From IMG/VR virus record IMGVR_UViG_3300021255_000054: DNA of 64,000 bases, one strand, 5' to 3'. Source of the DNA: a virus (taxonomy: Duplodnaviria; Caudoviricetes). The position numbers and the translations under genes were made by a program. Under the pieces are notes generated by a model. That model was not told where the DNA came from, searched no databases, and saw only the letters and a list, made by a program, of their open reading frames with translations. This document shows, one piece after another, positions 21,355 through 28,747 of the stretch (its first letter is position 1; each line of letters begins with the position of its first letter).

Positions 21355-22341
21355 ATGCGCAAAGAACTCCGTTATATGGTTTTGGACACTGAGACCGCCA
21401 CTCTTCCCTTTGCTAATGAAATTGCCCAGAATAATCCTGAGAAGAAGAAAAAAATTGCTATCGCTCGCCCTCTTGTGTATGATATTGGTTGGACTATCAC
21501 CAACCGCAAGGGCGAGATTTTGGATAAGAAGCAGTTTCTGATTGCCGAAACTTTTGCCGTTCCCGCCGTGTTCAATACTGCATATTATGCAGAAAAGCGG
21601 CCGCTCTATCTGGAAATGTTGAAAGAGAACAAGACCTCTATCAAGCCGTGGGGCGAAGTGATGGAACTCTTTGTTGAAGATCTTCAGCAGGTCGATGCCG
21701 TTGGGGCATACAATGCAATGTTTGACTTCAAGAAAGCAATTCCCTTTACTGAACTGTACATTAACAAACTGTACAGCCCTGATTATCAGAATTGGGAGTT
21801 CCTTCAGCGCAAGATGTGTACTAAGATTGCTAACGAGAAGTATCAGAAGAAGGAAGAAAAAGAATTTGATGGTGATTTCTTCACCTTCCGTGGCAAGTCT
21901 TATCCTCTGTTTGACCTTTGGGGACTTGCGACCAAGCACCTTTTGAATAACGCCACTTATAAGAAACAGTGCCTTGACCATAATCTTTTAACCGCAAGCG
22001 GAACATTCTTCAAGACTAGCGCCGAATCTTCTTTTCAATATCTATGCGACCGCTATGATTTTGAAGAAAGTCACACCGCACTTGATGACGCTATGATTGA
22101 AACCCATATTCTTTCTTGTGTAGCCAAGAAGCACGCTATCTCTACTGGAATTACTTTCTTCCCCTTCCGTGAATTGGGTACTACTACTGAATTTGTAATG
22201 CGTAGGAAAACTCCTCACATTAATGAAGTAATGGTAGTATATGAAGCAATCATAGCATATATTGAAACCAAGGAAGAATCTCGGTACGTGGTTGGATTGC
22301 GTAATATGTTGAAAGAATTGGAAGAATATATGGCGGGATAA
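21355..22341 (+). CDS. DEDDh 3'-5' exonuclease (second paralog)
   Basis: LDTETAT, AYNAMFD, HTALDDA; shares AYY..KRP and SAE motifs with 18294..19052. Confidence 0.85.
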   Translation: MRKELRYMVLDTETATLPFANEIAQNNPEKKKKIAIARPLVYDIGWTITNRKGEILDKKQFLIAETFAVPAVFNTAYYAEKRPLYLEMLKENKTSIKPWGEVMELFVEDLQQVDAVGAYNAMFDFKKAIPFTELYINKLYSPDYQNWEFLQRKMCTKIANEKYQKKEEKEFDGDFFTFRGKSYPLFDLWGLATKHLLNNATYKKQCLDHNLLTASGTFFKTSAESSFQYLCDRYDFEESHTALDDAMIETHILSCVAKKHAISTGITFFPFRELGTTTEFVMRRKTPHINEVMVVYEAIIAYIETKEESRYVVGLRNMLKELEEYMAG

Positions 22342-22473
22342 CCGCCATATTTCATTTCAGATTATTAGATGTTAAACATCTAAAAAGAAATATTGACTTT
22401 CTCCTAAAATTGAGTATAATATAATCATCAGGTGAAGGAAAACACCGAAACACCAGAAAGGAAGTTTAAAACT

Positions 22474-22683
22474 ATGAAGAAGCCGATTACCGTTCGTGTC
22501 AAGAAAACACTGACTTTTGATGAAACTGACGTGTGTAGCATCGCCAAAGATATGTCATATACTTTCTGGAACTCAGGATATTTTGAAGACATTGAACCCA
22601 GCGATATTGATGATGAAGATTTCGCAGGTCTGGTTCGCGCCATCGCCGATGAGTTTCAGAAAATTGTGGAGGAAGATAAATAA
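22474..22683 (+). CDS. Small acidic hypothetical protein
   Basis: Conserved leader and SD. Confidence 0.65.
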   Translation: MKKPITVRVKKTLTFDETDVCSIAKDMSYTFWNSGYFEDIEPSDIDDEDFAGLVRAIADEFQKIVEEDK

Positions 22684-22786
22684 TATGGAAATTAATGTGC
22701 GTGCGAAACATATATTCAATGAGGACTAATAGTCCTCTTTTTTATTTATAATAATTAGATGTTAAACATCTAATAAAAAATGGCGC

Positions 22787-23205
22787 TTATCGCGCCAACT
22801 TCAGAATCCGTTTGAACCAACTAACTTTCTCTTCGTAAATAGGTTCAACAGTAATTTCATAGATAATCTTATGCTTTTCTCTATCCATCAAATACAGACG
22901 AGGACTTCCCATATAATACCATACAGTTTTTCCTCTCTCGTGAACAAAATCCAAAATAGCTTTATCAGGAATATGTCTATCAAATTCCTGACCGCCATAC
23001 ATAATATCCAAACCATCTTTCTTAGGGATATACACAAGGCGCTTTTTCATTATCCAATCACCACCTGAATTTCCATATTCTCTCCACACTTATACTGAAT
23101 CAAATCATTAGCCCGCTTTTCCGCTTCTTCCATAGTATTAAAAACTTCATTGACCTCAACAAAATAACCAAGGGGCCAGCACGTACCAGTCAGACGATAC
23201 TTCAT
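22787..23205 (-). CDS. Inverted unit with two coupled genes (23205-23050 and 23050-22787)
   Basis: Minus-strand TTGACT/TATAAT promoter 9 nt from palindrome 23274; TAATG overlap. Confidence 0.65.
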
Positions 23206-23336
23206 TCCATCATCGCTCCCTTCATTTGATAATTACATTATACTCAGATTTTCCTAAAAGTCAACTACCATTATTAGATGTTAAACATCTAACTATTAGT
23301 GGTTGACTTTTCTCTAATTTGTGATATACTTATAAC

Positions 23337-23404
23337 TGTCAGAGGGAGAACGGGAGCGGAAACAAATCTCCTTGGAAACAGAAGACCCGATGTTTCTCTT
23401 GACC
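23337..23404 (+). ncRNA. Putative ~70-nt hairpin RNA between tandem promoters
   Basis: GTCAGAGGGAGAA pairs with TTTCTCTTGAC; inner CGGG/CCCG stem. Confidence 0.45.
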
Positions 23405-23522
23405 GAAAATAAAAGGGAGAAAATTTTCGGAAACCTCTTGACAAGCTTCCAAAACTGTGGTACAATAACCACGAAAGATGAAGGGAAGGAAAACCCTAAA
23501 AACCAGAAAGGAAATGAAACCT

Positions 23523-23852
23523 ATGAAAAAGACTACTATGACCGCCATCGTTACCGCTCTGACTGCTATCGACTCTGAGAAGTATTCCGACCTGATCGCC
23601 GAAGTTAATGCCGAACTGAACAAGGGCGCGGAGCAGAAGCAGAAGAATGCCGATGCCTATGAGTCCATCCACGATCTGGTTGTTGGCAATCTGGGCGATG
23701 CTCCTTGCACCTGCGCCGAACTGTATGAAGCCATCAAGGATGAACTGCCTGATGGTATGGGCAAGGGCAAGGTTCAGTATGCTCTGACTCACCTGTGGCA
23801 GGATGAGATTGTGAAGATTGAGGGTAAGCCGAATACCTATCGGAGGGCGTAA
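23523..23852 (+). CDS. Coiled-coil plus winged-helix protein
   Basis: TCAELYEAIKDELPDGMGKGKVQYALTHLW...EGKPNTY. Confidence 0.75.
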   Translation: MKKTTMTAIVTALTAIDSEKYSDLIAEVNAELNKGAEQKQKNADAYESIHDLVVGNLGDAPCTCAELYEAIKDELPDGMGKGKVQYALTHLWQDEIVKIEGKPNTYRRA

Positions 23853-23862
23853 GCCCTCCACG

Positions 23863-24201
23863 GGTTGTGCGGTAAGACATCGGCTCGCACAGATACGTAG
23901 AACATCGGTGGATTAAGCGTATCAACCACGAGGAGATTTCTGAAGGTTTACAGTGTGGCTAAACAACTAAAGCCTTCCCACGAGGGTTTCCAAGGGCTTT
24001 CAGTGTGGTTAAACAACATAAGCCCTTTTATATGGCGATGGAGGGACACGGCCTACCCCACAGTTAGCAAGTTCGACTCTTGCCGTTGCCACGACTTACC
24101 TAGTGGCAGAAGCCCTATCCACTTAAAAACGTGGGCGGATGAAGTAGACCATCAAAGCAACTACAGTGAGGGCGCTTACCCCACAACCGCCTTCGGGCGG
24201 T
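23863..24201 (+). ncRNA. ~330-nt structured RNA with a tRNA-like domain lacking an anticodon arm
   Basis: Terminal 14-bp stem 23863-76/24175-88; duplicated hairpins; acceptor-like GGCGATG/CGTTGCC plus T-arm GCAAG-TTCGACT-CTTGC; terminator 24186-24206. Confidence 0.7.
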
Positions 24202-24311
24202 ATTTTTATTTTCAATTATTAGATGTTAAACATCTAATTAAAGGTATTGCAATTTTCCTATAATATGATATAATAGCATTGTTCCAAGAGGAACGGAAAG
24301 GATGAAGTAAA

Positions 24312-24515
24312 ATGGAAAAACCTATTCGCAAATTTCAGTACATCAATGCATATGGTATCAAGAAACAACTTAATGTATATGAAATGGTCAATAATAAGTA
24401 TCCAGTAGAACTGTGGGCAACTAGATATGGGGAATATTGTGGGTCAGGTGAAATGACGAAACAAGAACTTAACGATTATTTAGAGCACTTTGGTATTACG
24501 GAAAGGATGGAATAA
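24312..24515 (+). CDS. Small hypothetical protein
   Basis: Intact ORF, SD. Confidence 0.7.
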   Translation: MEKPIRKFQYINAYGIKKQLNVYEMVNNKYPVELWATRYGEYCGSGEMTKQELNDYLEHFGITERME

Positions 24516-24516
24516 A

Positions 24517-24759
24517 ATGAAAATTTATGAAGTTATCGAGTATGTAGATAATGCAGAAAATGCTTTTGGCTACTATTCTTCTCTTGAAAAGGCACAGCAG
24601 GGAATTTTGACACGAGTAAAAGATGCTTATACAGATGAAGAGATGAAAGCTTTTCATTTTGATGAAGATGGATATGGCTATTCGACCACAGAAAATGAAT
24701 GGGTAGCCGCTTGTGATTATGTAATCTTTGAACACGAATTGGATAAGGAGATGGAGTAA
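24517..24759 (+). CDS. Small acidic hypothetical protein
   Basis: Intact ORF. Confidence 0.7.
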   Translation: MKIYEVIEYVDNAENAFGYYSSLEKAQQGILTRVKDAYTDEEMKAFHFDEDGYGYSTTENEWVAACDYVIFEHELDKEME

Positions 24760-24760
24760 A

Positions 24761-25015
24761 ATGCAGACAATTAAAAACTGGTTCGGCATTGAAACTTCCT
24801 ATAAGTTTGAATGGAATGACCTTCGTTGCGGCATTACTATCTTGAATGTAGTTCTGATTATGCTCTTTGGCTTGCAGGTATCTTGGTTCGGGCTTGCAAT
24901 CGCGCTCTTTGGTGTGTGTAAAGACCTCTCCCAGCATCGGCATATCAATGATATTCTTATGCACTTGTCTAGTGTAGTATTGAATGTATACTTCCTTTCC
25001 CTTCTGTATAGGTAG
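24761..25015 (+). CDS. Small membrane protein (ends at TAG)
   Basis: Two to three hydrophobic segments; the TAG lies in the terminator stem. Confidence 0.65.
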   Translation: MQTIKNWFGIETSYKFEWNDLRCGITILNVVLIMLFGLQVSWFGLAIALFGVCKDLSQHRHINDILMHLSSVVLNVYFLSLLYR

Positions 25016-25127
25016 GCAATGCCTATCTTCCATACTTAGATGTTAAACATCTAAAAGTTTCTCTTGCATTTTTTCCAAAGTATGATATAATTATATCGTT
25101 CCAAGGGAACAGAAAGGATGATTGAGA

Positions 25128-25560
25128 ATGCGTGAACTATATGAAAAATACTACACTATCAGATTGTGGTTTCAGCCCGATGACCGTGTGACCCCAGACA
25201 TCATTGACCTTGAAGGCGAGTATGATTCTGAAGAAGAAGCAATAGTATTCGCGCGAGAACACATTCCTCTTACTTTTGGATGGGAACATATTATTGTTCC
25301 TCATTATCGAAAACTTTCAAATTTAAAGTTGACAAATACTCCTAATGGTGATATAATGATGATGATCTCGAAAGGAAAGGAAAGGAGTAATGAGAGTGAA
25401 TAACATCATTCCGATTGATTCTGAGGAAAAGGAACTTTGTTGTTTGTGTATATTAGGTCTTGTGCTTTATGATTATATGACACCTTCGGCAAGACAATTA
25501 TATGATACTCTTACTGAAGAAGACAAGCAAGAGATTAAGAAAAAATTTATAAAAGGATAA
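25128..25560 (+). CDS. Two small hypothetical genes (25128-25403, 25390-25560)
   Basis: SDs present; internal TTGACA/TATAAT promoter near 25329. Confidence 0.55.
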
Positions 25561-25648
25561 TGAGTATGAAGTATCAGTACTACAAGGGAGAGTAAAACTC
25601 TCCCTTTTATTTTTAGATGTTAAACATCTAAATAAAAAAGTATGCACA

Positions 25649-26197
25649 TTAGTGCATACAATTCGTGAAATTACAGTAGCCAGCCGAACAAGCATAATCT
25701 ACAACTACTCCCTTTCCCTTATACATACCCACATTCCAAGCGTGCAGGTCACACATATATTTCTTCAGGAAAGCCCGTTCATCATCATCCCAACCATACT
25801 CCATTTCAGCATAATCATAGTTCCCAACATGATTGACTTTCCGCATAGCATAATAATACTTTCCGTCAATCATAAAGCGGTACATAGGCGCGAGAAGATA
25901 GGAATAAGGAGTCCGACTCAGCTTCTGGTAAACTTTATATTCCTGTTCGCATCCACCAATACGGCCGCAAGCCTTATCATCATAATCTATCTTAATCACA
26001 TAGTCCGGCCCAATCAGGCAGATACGCGCGCTCCCATAATCCATCTCAATATGGCGATGATATTCCATATTAAAGGACTCTACTCCTTCTTCTACATAGC
26101 CACGGCGATCATATTTATTCATTATATCAAAATCAGGAATATATTGCGCAAACTGCTTCATAAACTTTTCAGCCCGAATCTGCCAAGGATTAGCCAT
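25649..26197 (-). CDS. Protein-kinase-like protein
   Basis: GSARI...VIK, helix-C Glu (EQEY), catalytic loop DLHAWN, DYA in the DFG position. Confidence 0.75.
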   Translation of the reverse strand: MANPWQIRAEKFMKQFAQYIPDFDIMNKYDRRGYVEEGVESFNMEYHRHIEMDYGSARICLIGPDYVIKIDYDDKACGRIGGCEQEYKVYQKLSRTPYSYLLAPMYRFMIDGKYYYAMRKVNHVGNYDYAEMEYGWDDDERAFLKKYMCDLHAWNVGMYKGKGVVVDYACSAGYCNFTNCMH

Positions 26198-26307
26198 CTC
26201 TCAAACACCCCTTTCTTGATTACGGGATAAGTATATCATAAGTTAAGAAAAGAGTCAATAGGATATTTTAGATGTTTAACATCTAACTTACTGAGGGGCT
26301 TTCGCCC

Positions 26308-26751
26308 TCAGTCGATAATATCTTCAACAGGAACATTATACCATTCCTTAATCCGTTTATACAACATCCGTTTAGTACCACCAAACATCCAACTATCCTC
26401 AGTTTCTACTAACTGATTAGTATCAAACAAAACAATATCAAGCACATCACTATAATAGCCATTCTGCTCATTGTAACACGGCACGAAGAAAGACCGCTGT
26501 CCGCATAACCTAATTCCTGCTCTCCTTCTCCACGCTACTTCTTCAATTCGCAAATCAGAAAAATCTGTATCCATCAATCCGGCTTCATCTTTAATATAAT
26601 CCCAATTAGCATATACATTCTCACAGCAATCCTGACTATGAGTATCGATCAGAAGCCACCCATTATCAAATAAAATACCACCATTGGCATCAAATGAAGT
26701 CTTACTCAGAATCTCATCACCATCATAAACAAACCGCGCAATCTTAACCAT
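26308..26751 (-). CDS. Hypothetical protein (QDCCE / NGYYS family)
   Basis: Intact ORF with the conserved leader on the minus strand. Confidence 0.7.
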   Translation of the reverse strand: MVKIARFVYDGDEILSKTSFDANGGILFDNGWLLIDTHSQDCCENVYANWDYIKDEAGLMDTDFSDLRIEEVAWRRRAGIRLCGQRSFFVPCYNEQNGYYSDVLDIVLFDTNQLVETEDSWMFGGTKRMLYKRIKEWYNVPVEDIID

Positions 26752-26868
26752 AACTTACTCCCTTCTGGTTTCTAAGGTATCCTTCCTTTTATGTATGTAT
26801 TATATAATAAAGTAATAGAAAAGTCAATAAGGAATTTTAGATGTTAAACATCTAACTTCTCAAGACCG

Positions 26869-27273
26869 TCAAACGGTCTTGCAATAGAAACACCATTTAA
26901 TATCAAAAATATATTTCAATTCAAATCCTTCTGATTCAAGCAGATGCCGCATTCCCGCATTATCATCCCACGGAGTTGCCCCAACATTACCGTGTACAAT
27001 TTTAGTAATTTCTTGTAGAGCATATCGAGCGATACCTTTACCTTGATTTTTCTTATTACAAATACATAATCTTTTAATAGCGGTATAATTATATTGCGGT
27101 TCGGGTACAAGCGAAACAGTCGCCAATACTTTCTCGTTATCCGCAACAACATACAGCCGCCGCTGTCTATAATCCAAGTCCACTTGTGCCGGAGTAAGAT
27201 ACGTAAGATGCTTATATCTTAAAGCATTAATAACTTTCATTAAATCTTTATGTGTTGCTAATCTCAATTCCAT
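26869..27273 (-). CDS. GNAT-family acetyltransferase
   Basis: Acetyl-CoA motif QGKGIA; N..MRHLLESEGF. Confidence 0.8.
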   Translation of the reverse strand: MELRLATHKDLMKVINALRYKHLTYLTPAQVDLDYRQRRLYVVADNEKVLATVSLVPEPQYNYTAIKRLCICNKKNQGKGIARYALQEITKIVHGNVGATPWDDNAGMRHLLESEGFELKYIFDIKWCFYCKTV

Positions 27274-27373
27274 ACCATACGCTCCCTTCAGGTGATAGCT
27301 ATATTATAGCATGAATAGGAGAAAAGTCAAGCGACATTTTTAGATGTATTACATCTAAATTTATAAAGAAGGC

Positions 27374-27988
27374 TCACGCCTTCTTCTCTGCAATTATTTT
27401 AAATATAGCCGGATTACTAAATGCTTCACATAATTTATAATAAGCAGTTTCATTTACATAAAACCATTCATTAGCTCTCTGAGCTTTAGCATAAGCATAT
27501 TTTTCTAAATATTGATGGCAAAAACGTTCTGCTCTATCCGACTTTGTAGTTTCATAATATCCACCAATATATAGCATAGGATTATATGTAGCATAAGAAG
27601 ATACACGAGAATAAAGATTCTTCGCTCTTCCAACCTTAACCAAATAATATTTCTCGCCAGCGGGATTGATTCCAATCATTCCAAGAAAGTACACTCCCTC
27701 TGTACAAGGCAGCTCATCTGTTTTGGCACAATTGATTTCTAATGTAGGAATTTCATCTTTTAATGTTTCATCTTTTTTATGCACTCCCGCTTTATCATAT
27801 ACATAATGAAATTCTAAGCCATATCTGGCATTTGCACTCAAAGGGGAACGAAAATCATGATAAATACATTCCAATGTAGCTTCAGAAATATTTCCATCTT
27901 CATCTGAAAAGAACTCAACCATATTATTCCAGTGATATGTAGCAATACGTTCTTCAATTTCCTGTTCATATTTATACATTCTTTCCAT
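27374..27988 (-). CDS. T5orf172/GIY-YIG-like domain protein
   Basis: GVYFL...VKVGRAKNLYSRVSSY..NP...EWF. Confidence 0.7.
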   Translation of the reverse strand: MERMYKYEQEIEERIATYHWNNMVEFFSDEDGNISEATLECIYHDFRSPLSANARYGLEFHYVYDKAGVHKKDETLKDEIPTLEINCAKTDELPCTEGVYFLGMIGINPAGEKYYLVKVGRAKNLYSRVSSYATYNPMLYIGGYYETTKSDRAERFCHQYLEKYAYAKAQRANEWFYVNETAYYKLCEAFSNPAIFKIIAEKKA

Positions 27989-28087
27989 TCTCCCTTCACT
28001 TCATGAGTACATTATATCAGAAATTTATGAAAAGTCAATAATATAAATTAGATGTTATACATCTAATTTCACTCCCTGTCAAATATT

Positions 28088-28470
28088 GTATCCAATATCC
28101 AGTATCCAGTATCCAAAATCCCGCATCCAGTATCCAATCGCATCTCGCGCCCACTGTCAAATACTTGACAAGCTGGAAAAGCTGGAACTTGCCGCGCAGA
28201 ATTAACTAAGCAAATTAAGCTGGAAGTTCTATTCCTACCGAGCTGGAAAAAAATTAATCCCACGAAATTTTATATTACGAGAAGCTGGAAGATTCCCGTA
28301 TGAGATAGGAATACAAGGAGACGCCGCAATATGAAACTCCGTGGGAGCTGGAAATTTGCCGCTAAAAATCCGCTGAGAAGCTGGAATTGGATACTGTATA
28401 CAATTTGAATTTAAGCTGGAATTGTATACAAAATACTGGATACAAAATACTGGATACTGTATACAATTTC
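28088..28470. repeat. Repeat-rich non-coding region: 8 AGCTGGAA direct repeats bracketed by inverted ATCCAGT/ACTGGAT clusters
   Basis: tatccagtatccagtatcc at 28097-28135; atactggataca at 28386-28465; agctggaa at 28171-28421. Confidence 0.85.
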
Positions 28471-28489
28471 ATCTTAAATTTAATTAAAA

Positions 28490-28747
28490 TTAAACATCTA
28501 ACTTCTCCATTTCTTCCCAGCGCCAATCTTGTACATCTTTTCGATATCCATGATATTCATCAAGTTCTACTTTTGGCCCATCAATAACAACACATAAACC
28601 TATACGAGGAGCATAATAAAAATCTTGTGTCATTTTATATGAAGGAAAATACCACTGTTCCTTATATAATGTAGCTATTTCTGTTAACAAATCTATTGGA
28701 GCCTCAATGTCTAAAATTTTTAACCATTTTGCGTGCTTACTATACAT
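28490..28747 (-). CDS. Hypothetical protein
   Basis: Intact ORF coupled to the helicase; ends in a half-palindrome. Confidence 0.6.
   Translation of the reverse strand: MYSKHAKWLKILDIEAPIDLLTEIATLYKEQWYFPSYKMTQDFYYAPRIGLCVVIDGPKVELDEYHGYRKDVQDWRWEEMEKLDV

Larger units (their letters stand above)
9485..28066. repeat. 35 copies of the 19-bp palindrome TTAGATGTTAAACATCTAA delimiting expression units
   Basis: Starts: 9485v, 9934v, 10323v, 10560, 10859v, 11285v, 11648, 11938, 12238, 12596, 12889, 13132, 13504, 13851, 14468, 14854, 15601, 16385, 17187, 17608, 18189, 19070, 19673, 20235, 21236, 22365, 22755, 23274, 24219, 25036, 25613, 26268(rc), 26837, 27340v, 28048v (v = variant); half site near 28491. 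Confidence 0.97.

Noticed and set aside
23930-24030. HDV-like (theta) ribozyme around CCT-TCCCACG-AGG
   Set aside because: A P3/L3-like word is present, but I could not build convincing P1.1, P2 and the catalytic C junction; the bases fit the duplicated hairpins better.
24034-24091. Canonical or amber-suppressor tRNA, or tmRNA
   Set aside because: No anticodon stem-loop, no CTA anticodon, no CCA, and no tag reading frame between the acceptor strands.
23955-24263. 102-aa ORF over the structured RNA
   Set aside because: No SD, crosses a terminator and a palindrome; pairing patterns explain the sequence better.
13901-26230. Long antisense ORFs (e.g. 13901..14416, 17675..18223, 18231..18887, 20291..20830, 21289..21981, 25652..26230)
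   Set aside because: Shadows of real genes on the opposite strand; no SD, promoter or motifs.
9485-28066. CRISPR array interpretation of the 19-bp repeats
   Set aside because: Intervals are 240-1130 bp, contain promoters and genes, and no cas genes are present.
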